Of a DNA stretch of 64,000 nt, positions 52,761 through 64,000 are shown piece by piece. Under the pieces are notes generated by a model. It did not search any database. It saw nothing but the letters and a program-made list of their open reading frames with translations, and was not told where the DNA came from. The stretch's first letter is position 1, and each line of letters starts with the position of its first letter. The DNA comes from Octopus sinensis. Its lineage: Eukaryota. A program made the translations under genes and the position numbers. Location: positions 63,798,001 through 63,862,000 of the forward strand of contig NC_042998.1 in NCBI RefSeq assembly GCF_006345805.1. Reading direction: 5' to 3'.

Positions 52761-55498
52761 GGAAATTTCTATCAAACGAAGACAATTACTGTTGGGTGTT
52801 CAGATGCTTATATTATCGATTAATGTATCTTACCCGTACCTCATTCGATACCAGACCACAAATGAAAACATTATTCGCAACGCAAGTGCTGCTAAGCATG
52901 TTGACTTCTCGTGGTTTGTAAACATTGTCGATAAATCTCTGAAAATAGATATCAATATGGCTACAAGCAATATCCAGCTTTCTTATGCTTTGGTCATTAA
53001 AGGATATCTAGTTGTAGAATTTATATCAAATGTCAACACAGATAAACGTCAGAAGAAATAGTACAATAATGCACGACAATAAAATATTGGACCACATCAT
53101 TCACAACAATAGGTAGATGCCCAAGATGACGAAATTGGGGAGCAAAATCGTAAGGTTATGAACTTAAATAAATTTCATCATAGATACATTACCTAATTTT
53201 CAGAGAAAAAGTGGAAGCTCTTCATGTAACTGTAGTGTATATAACTTAGGGCTGAGTTACAACTTTCCTTCTAACCTATATAAAATACAGTCACTGGTAA
53301 CCTGGGTCAATAAAGTAATAAACATATTCTATTATAATCTGCAAGGGGAACTAAAAATGGAATTCGGCAAGGTTTTTGACCACCGAGGGTAAATTTGTGC
53401 CGTTTCTATCATATTCAAATGTCATGATGTAATGGTGTACTGAAATGTATTTTAAAGGCGTATTTCATAAAAAACTTATCCAACTGATTTTACTAGACAT
53501 CTTGAATTTTATTATTCCTTTTAGCGTCACTTCAATCATTCTAATTAAAATATCTAGTAAGAATATCTATCACCTGAGTAGTAAAACCAGCCCATAGCAT
53601 CGTTTTCTAGGCACTGATTATACAGTAAAAACGTGACATTCCTATTACAGATGAATAAGTTGTAAGACGAACTTGTATTAACAGTTATTTTGAATCAAGT
53701 TAAATCACGAATTGGATTACTAAACTTCATTATTTTGGCTGCTCTCATAGAAAATCAGCATGTAGTAGAATGTTAGCAAGTTTAAAGTTTAAAATTTTAT
53801 CTGTAATACGAATTGACAGATCTTATATATTCGCATTAAAGAGTAGAATTTGTTGCTTGTGAGAGGAAGATATTTGTCTGGTGAAATTATATATGTGACT
53901 TATATAAAGCAAACGGGTGATGAATGAATATATCATAGATATCAAGATAAATCCTTTCCAGAAAACATGATACATAAAACGTTTGAATTTAAATGCATTA
54001 GCAAGTAGTGGAGTAGAGACTTCATTAGCGATATCATTTTGTCTATAATGCGGTTTATGAACGAACAGTATTTATGCAAAACCTAGCATCTACGACAACC
54101 AAACACAAAAACACGTACATAGTGACGCACATATTTATTTGATCCAATTTTTAGGGCAATGAACGCAATTTCAGGACGCAATGATTAGTTAATTACATCA
54201 ATACCAATCCTGAAATGGTACTCTGAAACTTACGTATTAAATAGTTTTCAAACGTTACAAGAAAAAAGAAATTCGTATGGTGGGTTATGAACGGAAATGC
54301 GAGCATGGGATAACGTAATGTGAATTGCTAGCTGTGACAATAAATACTCCTGCTCTTCATTTGTTTCCGAGGTTCGTTTAATTCATCTATTGTCTAATTA
54401 CATAGTAAATATAAATGTACACACACATACACCTTCACTTACACAGATATGCATAAACATACGTAGACGTATACATGTAGATATGCACACATATAAACAC
54501 ACACACACTGATTGATTGACTGATGGTGGTGTTGGCTTAAGTGTCATTAAATTAAACTATGTAAGTTATAACTTTATAGGAAATATCTAATAACTTTACA
54601 ACCATTATATTAAAGTTAATCAATATAGACAATAATTAATTGCCCATTAACAAACTATGAAAGAATATTGTAACCACAACAGTTTACCCTATTAACAATG
54701 AATGTAATTTTGTTTTGTAGAGATTAATTATCGTTTGTTAACAATCATTATTCATATCTACTTTTAATATGATATCTAATAAATACCCAAGAGATCACTA
54801 CGTCCTAAGGTTTGGGCTATTTATAGAAGTGTCTTGTGTTATATATAGATCAGAAACAGAACGATATGTACTGGGATGGTTTTGTTACAAATAGATATCC
54901 CGTTAGATTAACTACATAGGTGGGACTAATTGACTAAGACAATTCACTATATCCAATGTGAGGATCATAGCTCTATAGACGCTCTGGAAGTTGATGTGCG
55001 TGGGTAAAATTTTAGTGAGAAGAGTAAATTAATAACTCTGCGCAACTGCGTAATTTATCCTGAAATGTGTCTATCGTACAACTCTTGGACAATAATCGAT
55101 TGCGGAGAGAGATGTGCATGTCAGTGTCTGACTTGGAGTGGATTTCATGCGCTGCTGACGCTTATTCAGAGAACATAAAAGTCGTTAATTATAGAGTATG
55201 ACTTGTGGTTTATAAAGTCATGAATGCAATTGGTGATACACTAAAAGAAAGGGAAACAACGCTAACTCAGTGAGAAAGGAAAACATGGTGCGCCCTAGCG
55301 TTTTCCACAAGAACAAGAAAAGACAACTCAGAGTGATTATAATGTCATGCAGCGCAAATTTTATGTCAAATATGTGCGACTCATATTCATATCGCCGTTC
55401 TAATTCTTATATATAATATACATGCATACATACATATATATACATACATACATGTGTGTGTGTGTGCACATTCTTACAGGCGTGAATACATACATACG

Positions 55499-55549
<51 letters not shown>

Positions 55550-55994
55550 CCAAATCCCTACACACATACACTATAAATACCGTTTTTCATAGATACTCTT
55601 TATACTTGCACACACCCTGCTCGTCCATTATTAACTACTTTAAAGGAACGCATTCCAACCTGCCCCTAACTGCACTTATAATCTTTTTGCATACTTTCCG
55701 AACTTTTATTTCGTATGTTCTTTCTTTCTTTCTTTTCTCTGTTTCTCTCTCTATGTCTCTCTCTCTCTCTCGCTTTCTATCTCTCTCCCCTCTCTTTCTC
55801 ACTGTATATATATATCAAAATAATGCATTATATACTATTCCACATATACAACAACAGCCATACCAACAATCTAACATATCTTCATCATCAGCTGTCCCAC
55901 GGATATCATTATGGTTTCGACACCTGAGTTTATATATTTTTATATAGTGGAATGAAGGGTTTTTTCTCAAAAACGTAACGGATAAATGTTATCA

Positions 55995-56021
<27 letters not shown>

Positions 56022-56025
<4 letters not shown>

Positions 56026-56385
56026 ATATGAGGGATGAACACTAAGTGGACATCCAGTATGCTAGATGTGGATCCCATATGGTCTGACCACTAAGAAAAG
56101 ATTGTTCTCAAGAAAATTCAACAAACGCCAGAACGTAAGCGAGCAAGACAAATGAAAAGATACAAAATATAAAGATTAATCACATACCCGGTTTCATTGT
56201 TACCACTTAAGTAATACATACTTCAATGTCTGCAATTCATCAGTATGGCCGTCATAGCAAAATATAATTTGCAGAACTATACACAAGAAGTCCACATAAG
56301 ATTGAACATGCATATAGTTCTATTCAATTAAAACATTAAAATTAATATTCAATTTTTCACCCTATTTATTTAAAAATTATTAGAT
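56022..56385 (-). mobile_element. ~360-bp non-coding HHR-bearing element embedded in (TA)n
   Basis: (TA)n on both sides; HHR at 56181-56247. Confidence 0.6.
56181..56247 (-). ncRNA. Type-I hammerhead ribozyme, family E, extended stem II
   Basis: CATA CTGATGA ATTG...AAGTA-tgtat-TACTT...CAAT GAA ACCGGGT A|TGTG; canonical core, GUA site. Confidence 0.75.
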
Positions 56386-56389
56386 ATAT

Positions 56390-56452
<63 letters not shown>

Positions 56453-56474
56453 ACATATATATATATTATATATA

Positions 56475-56514
<40 letters not shown>

Positions 56515-56905
56515 ACTGTCTTGTGACCCACATGGTGTAGGAATTGGTGGCAAATATGAATTTCATTCGTCTATGTAAATTCGGATATGCTAACTACCTT
56601 GTGTAGTGTTTTGATGTCGCTTGGTCAGAAATGCAAAGGGTAAGTTTTCTAGCATTTTTTAATTTATAACTATAGGAATATTATGTTGATAAGGAAATGA
56701 GTTTTATAACTCTAATCCAGAAACGCGTCCATAATTAACGAAGACTGTTTGATTTCATTTTCCTTCTGTTTTTTTACCTGTGTGATTTACAGAGAGGGTT
56801 GTCTGTGGAGTCATATTTTGTAGCGAAAAGAAATAATGGCTTTTTGGCTGCTATTTAAAAATTTTTGGGTATGTGGTTAAGCAACTCTTTGCTAAACCCT
56901 TAATT

Positions 56906-56978
<73 letters not shown>

Positions 56979-57079
56979 CGCGCGCTATGTTTATGAACAA
57001 AACACTCCATTCCACTTTACTCCGGGCCACTCAACTGTAAATGGGTAACCCGGCGACGGACTAGCCCTCCAATCAAGGG

Positions 57080-57322
57080 TAGGAATTTCGTCGATAAATA
57101 CATAGCGTTGACCTGCTCGTGTTGTGGCGTCATTCAAAAGGCAAAACGATGCAAAATGCATTGAGACCAACGATGTATAACAACATCCAATAGCTTCGTC
57201 GATCACATAATAAACAAATACATACACTCACACATATATTCACCGTCGTCTAAAATACGTTACGTTTATCCATAACCCACTCCGTGATTGTCAACGCTGT
57301 GTATTTATCGACGAAATTCCTA
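57080..57322. mobile_element. MITE with ~32-bp TIRs
   Basis: taggaatttcgtcgataaatacatagcgttgac / gtcaacgctgtgtatttatcgacgaaattccta; the terminal TA may be the TSD. Confidence 0.85.
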
Positions 57323-57865
57323 CTAAATTTAGTCCCAACTACCGTTTATCAAGTATGCGTTTGTATTTTTTATTTAAATCGTTACGTTTCCTAACATATT
57401 CAACAAACTAAAATGATAAAACAACACATAAAATGATGCATTGCAGTGTTGGCATTTTATAAATCGAAAAGGGAGCAAATTTCCATGCCCTTAAAATGTG
57501 TGCATGATGTTTCTAATTTACAATGATGAGCGTGGCCGCAGTAAGGAACTTGAAATGTTATTTTAAGAAGAACATGAAAAAGCACTTATAACTATATAGT
57601 CACTGAGTGAAATCGCTTAAATCCAACAGCGCATACAATTGGTTAATTCGTAGCTCTAACACTTATATGTGGTTGACCTTATGGTAAAAGCTCTAGAAAA
57701 TACGGGTGCCAACCAAACGCACCACGAGAATTAATACCTATTTCTTAGTAGCTGATTCACATATGTGTTCCATATGATGCATAATGCGGCAGCTATAGGA
57801 TAAACGCTATAATAATAATGAAAATATAATAATAATAATATTAATAATAATAATAATAATAATAA

Positions 57866-58073
57866 TGGTTTCAATTTTTCCAGAAGGGCAACTGTTTGGG
57901 GGAAAATGTATGTGTCGTTTACATCGACATCATTGTTTCACTGGTGCTTATTTTATCGACTTGAAATGAAGTAAAGTCGACCTCGGCGAAATTAGAACTC
58001 AGAACGTTAGGACAGACGAAATTCCTCTAAGCATTTTGCCCGGCGTGTTAACAATCCTACCAGCTCGCCGCCT
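57866..58073 (-). mobile_element. SINE S2, flanked by (AAT)n
   Basis: aaagtcgacctcggcg...ctcagaacgt...gcattttgcccggcgtg...ccagctcgccgcct. Confidence 0.8.
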
Positions 58074-58284
58074 AAATAATAATAATAATAATACTATTTT
58101 AATATTTTACTTGTTTCAATCATTTCACTGCGGCCATGCTGGAGCACAGCCTTTCGTCGAGCAAATCGACTCTAGGACTTATTGTATCAGCCACTTTTGC
58201 CGAACCGCTAATTTACGCGGTCGTAAACACACCAGCATCGGTTGAGAAGCGATGTTGCGGGGACAAACAGACATATATATATAT

Positions 58285-59144
58285 ATCAATATCAATAATA
58301 CAGTGATTGTTTCTTGTCAGGAACAAAATGATTAATAGGACTGCTATAGAAGTGCTCTATTGAAAGAGACAAAAATATCAAACTAAACTTATTGAACAAA
58401 CAAATGCAAGGTCATCCGCATATCATTTCATAATTCGAACATTTAATCATAGAATATACATATAAACATCCTGCAAGATGGAACATAATTCATCTGTATA
58501 AGCAGACAAGCATATAATAATAATTAGGTGCGACAAAAAAATTTTCTTCATCAAAGTTTAGAGTTAATATTTTAGCGATTCAGAAAAAATACATTTTTAA
58601 AAAGACGTAGAAAGTAAAAATATAATATAAGTAATATATAAAAATATATAGGTATATAAAAATATGTAAAATATATATATATATATACATATAGGAGCAT
58701 ATAAAAAATATATAATATATATCATGTAAATAAAATAAAAGTTCATCGTTTAGAAATCTTATTAAATAATTATTCAGGTAAAAGAAGCCGTATAGTTAAG
58801 AAGGGAACCATATTTACTTATCCCTATGGCCATTTCAGGGGTGTATTATGTTTAAAGCACTAGGGTGCATCCAGATAATACCTCCTTCGTCAGGGGAAAA
58901 AATATATAAATATAAAGATAGACAGCATCACCTACCAAGCCCGCACAATGTTGTTTGCTTTCCTATTAACTCTAAACTTTGATGAAGAAATATTTTTTCT
59001 CGCATCTTATTATTATTATATGCTTACGAATTATGTTCTATCTTGCGGGATGTTTATATGTATATTCTATGATTAAATGTTCGAATTATGAAATGATATG
59101 CGGATGACCTTGCATTTGTTTGTTCAATAATTTTAGTTTGATAT
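58285..59144 (-). mobile_element. Non-coding fold-back element: ~185-bp inverted arms (58375-58569 / 58964-59144), tail 58285-58374, internal HHR
   Basis: ttattgaacaaacaaatgcaaggtcatccgcatatcatttcataattcgaac and its reverse complement are both present. Confidence 0.85.
58821..58897 (-). ncRNA. Intact type-I hammerhead ribozyme, family F
   Basis: TCCC CTGACGA AGG..GTATTAT..GCAC-ccta-GTGC..ATAATAC..CCT GAA ATGGCCAT A|GGGA: canonical core, perfect stem I, long stem II, 8-nt palindromic stem III, AUA site. Confidence 0.85.
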
Positions 59145-59166
59145 ATATATATATATGTATACATAC

Positions 59167-59216
<50 letters not shown>

Positions 59217-59662
59217 ATATATATAATATATATATTATATATATTATATATATATATATATATAATATTTTTATATATATACGACGGGTTTCTTTTAGTT
59301 TCCGTCTACCAAATCCACTCACAAGGCTTTGGTCGGACCGACGCTATAGTAGAAGACACTTGACCAAGGTGCCAGGCAGTGAGACTGAACCCGGAATCAT
59401 GTGTTGGTAAGCAAGCTACTTACCACACACCCACTCTTGCGTCTATATACATCCACTCAATAATAATAATAATAGTAATAATAATAATAATAATCATAGA
59501 AACCGACAAACAAATAAAATATTTTCAGTTCTTCCTCACGAGATGCATCACACTATTGCTAAATAATTCAAAACTTCTTTCAAAGCTGTAAATCAGAAAT
59601 CAGAATGATTAGAATAATTTTTACTCGTCCAGAGAGGAGATTGACACTGCTCTTCGAATGAA

Positions 59663-59757
<95 letters not shown>

Positions 59758-60516
59758 ATCTCTGTCTCTCTCTCTCTCACACACACACACACACCGCACG
59801 CAAAAACTCACCCATGTTTATATGTTCTTGTACAACATTTTTTTGCTGAATGAAACACAATTTATATTAAAGGAAAAAGGGGAAGAAAATTACTTTTTCA
59901 CATTTGACTGAAACCACCCATTTTCATGGAATGGATATTGCCATAAGCAAGGACACAATTTAATATTTGGCACAATGGAACTTTTCCCCTCATAACAGAA
60001 TTTCGGTTTCTTCTTCTTTATTTATATTTAAAAATAAATGCAAAAAGTCTAAAATATTTCTAGAATAAAGACTAAAAGCCAACGTTCTATTTCATATAGC
60101 ATTAGATTTTAGTCAATATATTCTGCGTCAAAAGTCAGAGTCTGCAGAAATTAATTACAAAATTGCGTATGATGTTTAGTGTGAGACTAATGTTGGAATC
60201 GTATAATGAAATTTTAAGGGTAGGTACCCATTCTTCATTAACAGCTTATAGACAATAATTTTAGTGATGTGATGTCTTATTTTAAACCTCTACTGCAGTT
60301 GTAGGAATATCTTTAGTGAATGTGAAATGAAGGACAAAATCGGATTGAAACAAATACTACTGAAACCCTAACCAACTACCACGCTGATGGTATAAAGCAT
60401 CACGTTTCTCTTGAATTAGCGTACTCGACGCAACTCATACACTGCTATATAAGGCTGAAAGTTACGGGAAGTGAGATAGTGATTGTCGAACTAGACAAAA
60501 ATGTCATCATATATTG

Positions 60517-60747
60517 CTCTTTTACTCTTTTACTTGTTTCAGTAATTTGACTGTAGCCATGCTGGGGCACCGCCTTTAATCGAACAAATCGGCCCCAGGA
60601 CTTATTCTTTGTAAGCCTAGTACTTATTCTATCGGTTCCTTTTGCCGAACCGCTAGGTAACGGGGACGTAAACACACCAGCATCGGTTGCTAAGCAACGT
60701 TGGGGGAACAAACACAGGCACACACACACACACACACATACGCACAC

Positions 60748-60778
<31 letters not shown>

Positions 60779-60875
60779 CGACGGGCTTCTTTCTGTTTCC
60801 GTCTGCCTAATCCCCTCTCAAGGCTTTAGTCGACGCGAGGCTATAATAGAATACACTTGCCCAACGTGCCACGCA
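60517..60875 (-). mobile_element. SINE S1, 5'-truncated
   Basis: Reverse complement of the S1 tail and body. Confidence 0.85.
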
Positions 60876-60945
60876 GTTGTCCTTCACCTTTACGAGATCA
60901 ATGAATTGAAGTACCAACAGGGTAATAATAATGACAAAAACAGCC

Positions 60946-60979
<34 letters not shown>

Positions 60980-61452
60980 GTTTAGTTAAGTTAATTTTTT
61001 GGCTCAAAAAGCAAAAAGCAAGACTATGTAGGGGGACATGGAGTTATGTACAGGGTGATCATGCAAAGAGTTCAGGCTATTTCTGGTCAAGAGAGACTTT
61101 GAACCGAGCGGTCGTTGGCATCTTCACTATCTCGTCCGGCAGCTTATTCCAAGGATCCGCAACCCGGACGGAGAAAGCCCCTCTCCTTTGATTGAGATGA
61201 AATCGTCGCAGATAGAGATTTTCGGAGTGATTCCGCAGCCGACGCTCTGGAGCAGGAGTGAAGAACAGCTCTTTCGAGAGGTTACACTCTCCGCTTATAA
61301 TGTTGTGAGCAAGAATGAGATCACCACGGCGTCGTCGTTTTTCTAGAGAATAAAGGTCGAGCGTCTTCATCCTTTCTTCATAAGACAAATGCTTGAGACC
61401 AAGAACCATGCGGATAGCCAGCTTCTGGACTCTTTCGAGATGATATATGTCT
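60980..61452 (-). mobile_element. CR1-clade LINE 3' end
   Basis: LERVQKLA.RMV.GLKHLSYEERMKTLDLYSLEKRRRRGDLI...FSVRVADPWNKLP...FKVSLD; short taaac/taac-type tail. Confidence 0.9.
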
Positions 61453-61457
61453 AAAAA

Positions 61458-61999
61458 ATGCCCTGATGCAGTATCAGGCGGTGGCTCTCGTGGCTTCTGA
61501 TCTTAACTAATTGGAAGTTCTCTCATGTTCATTGTTTTATCTTTGTATAAAAGATGGGCTAGATCAAATATTCTGCTCAATATCACAGATTTGCTTGTCA
61601 GTTGTTTGATCTTAACCAGTTGACCATGTCTCTTAGTGGATGATGATCACAAACCGAAGTAGTGGGGGAGCAACATAGCCATGCATTGAGTGGGATTCTT
61701 TGGGATTTTAATGATTCACTTTTGGAAACATGAGTGTTTCGTTCTACATCCTTAAACAATCCTTATTCAGGGACCTTTTGAGCGGAATGGGTTACTCGAC
61801 CAAAAGATAATTCTAACAGGGCCCCACCTGCAAGGTCATGCGCTGTTTCTCTTGATATGAGATCACCATGTCGCGCACAAATGGTTGCGAAGCATGTGCC
61901 TAGTGTACCCTTATCAGACTGGTAGTCATGATGGGTATACTGGGCTTCGTATATTTTACACCAGTTTCACTTTGATGGCATGCACTGTTCCCTCACTCC

Positions 62000-62000
<1 letters not shown>
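61458..62000 (+). mobile_element. Family N non-coding repeat, second copy, ending in (AAT)n (62000-62117)
   Basis: Homologous to 19170-19710. Confidence 0.8.
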
Positions 62001-62093
<93 letters not shown>

Positions 62094-62769
62094 TAATAAT
62101 AATAACAATAATAATAATTTGTTACTGACTACTAGACTCTAAGACGTTGAGGAGTTACGGATCATTGGTAAGTTAAGTTAGCAAAACTGACGAAATGACA
62201 TCGAGAAGAAAGATGAAATTAATAATTAAATAAGTACTAAATAAACACGTAACGATAGCTAGCATCACAGACAATGTAGAACCATCAAGTATGCTCCTCC
62301 CTGGTAATATATTTCAGCACTGATTACTGAACACTTAATTTCTTCAATGTGGCAATATTTAATACTAATATTGTAGCGCTTGCATTTAGAAGTACCTGAC
62401 TGATAACTTTTTCCATTTTGCATTTCAGAAGTATTCTCAAATGTAGTCTTGCTCATGAGCATGTATTTTGCTCTTCTTGGGGAGAACACATTAGATTATT
62501 TAGGTCATAGAAGATACAAACGTCCTTATTCTCTGACAATATCAATGTCTCTGTATTCTGTGGGGTTGGTGGAATCGGTGGTGTTGGAAAAATAAATTGT
62601 ATCTTTTATTCAGAATGCACTTTGCATTCTGAGTTCAAATACCACTAAAGTAAACTGAGCTTTTGACTTTATTTGACTAGCAAGCTACTGGGGTCGAGCT
62701 AATCATTCAGATTTCAGATTTTTTGTGTTTGTTAGAAAATATATTTATTTTTGTTATGGATTGAGAGAA

Positions 62770-63480
62770 TCATTAAGGAGTAGGAAAGAACTCTTCGCGA
62801 CTTTTTGTCCCGGCTGGTAACGTTCTGAATTTAAATACCACCGACGTCAAATTGCGTTTCCTCGATGGAATAAAGTGATTTTTGTACGTTCTGTGTTTAC
62901 GGCCGATTCCAATCAATATAACCGAAGTGTTGTAAAGTAGACATAACTTGATTGTCTTACTCTCCGTAGTAAGTTGTTCCAGGCAGTGCAATCTTCTGGA
63001 CTTCATAATTATTAATGACATCCGGCCTACGTGTTTTGAACTTTTCTTTCTTTTCTCCTTTAATCTCAGAGCTTCTGTGAACGCTAGTATTATTTCACTC
63101 TTCTCTATGGTTTTCATAGATGTTCTATGTCGAGAACGTATTGCGATGTCGATAAGATTACACCTTCTCATTTGTCTCTTTTATAATGATGTTACATGTG
63201 TTTGGTTATTATCTGTTAGAATAGATGTGTATATCCCATGTGATGGTGACGTAATTGTGGTCAGTGGCATGTTTGTCTGATGTACATCCAGTTTTCAGTT
63301 GTTTTGATTATATAATTTTGCTTATTTTCTGGTGTAGATAAGCAGTTGCTTTCTAATGACTGTAGAAGATATAATTCAGTATTTGATAACACCAGACAAC
63401 CAGAAACAATGTCCGCGGCAGTATCATAAAATTTTCAAAGATCCTCCATTCTGTATCTGTTTCTTTATTTCAGCAGTCTT
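62770..63480 (-). mobile_element. Probable decayed N-terminal region of an R4/Dong-type ORF
   Basis: ALRLKEKRK...IKLCLLYNTS...IPSRKRNL..VFKFR resembles the LPRLK...N.LLYA...P.WKRRL...I..LR pattern. Confidence 0.4.
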
Positions 63481-63636
63481 ATAATATAAACAATCTTATA
63501 TATATATTACATGTATTACATATTATTATGGGTGTTCAATGCGCTAGCCACGGTGCTTTGCTTAGTAATAGAGTTTCTATTAAATTCAAATATAATCTAC
63601 GGAGTATATACTCTTTGCTAATAATGACATCACTAA

Positions 63637-63963
63637 AGACAGCGAGCTGGAAGGATGGTTACCTGCCCAAAAATGCTTAGCGGTATTTCGTCCATCTTTA
63701 CTTAATGAGTTTAAATTCTAACGAGGTCGTATTTGCGTCTCATCTTTCCGAGTTCGACAAAATAAGTGAGAGTTGAGTACCGGGTCAGATGTAATCAACT
63801 TAACTCTCCTCCTAGGTTGCTTACCTTGTGACGCAGCGAGCTAGCAGAATCGTTACAGCGCCGAGAAAAATGCTTAGTGACATTCCGTCTTTATGTTCAA
63901 ATTCTGCCAACGCCAATTTCTTTCCTTTCATTCATTCGGGGTTAATAAAATAAATGCCAGTTG
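63637..63963 (+). mobile_element. Two tandem SINE S2 copies
   Basis: gcgagctgg...aaatgcttagcggtatttcgtcc and gcgagctagcagaatcgtta...aaatgcttag. Confidence 0.75.
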
Positions 63964-64000
63964 TTTCCTTATTCCCTGCCACGAAATGTGCGGAAATTTG

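Larger units (their letters stand above)
58106..59445 (-). mobile_element. SINE S1 split (tail 58106-58272, head 59281-59445) by a fold-back HHR element in its internal (TA)n
   Basis: Both halves are collinear with intact S1 copies. Confidence 0.8.

Overview
AT-rich, microsatellite-dense eukaryotic DNA. The SINE families and repeat landscape look like an octopus/cephalopod genome (inference). I see no convincing host protein-coding gene, rRNA, tRNA or CRISPR array, and most ORFs in the track are artefacts of simple repeats. The window is a transposon graveyard: R4/Dong-type non-LTR elements (RT + CCHC + restriction-like endonuclease) in (TAA)n arrays, a Penelope-like (Naiad-type) element with a GIY-YIG domain, Tc1/mariner remnants, RTE and CR1 3' fragments, and many tRNA-derived SINEs. 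The main non-obvious signal is RNA structure. At least 12 minimal type-I hammerhead ribozyme (HHR) motifs from about 6 unrelated sequence families occur here, most with a palindromic stem III. They lie in short, mostly (TA)n-embedded elements that often have a fold-back anatomy: (TA)n - arm ... inverted arm + tail - (TA)n. One HHR family is physically tied to the Penelope ORF, one has a shared non-canonical core (CUGU-N-GA), and a spacer-less 378-bp perfect palindrome fits the same anatomy. All structures were folded by eye, boundaries are approximate, and no database search was run.
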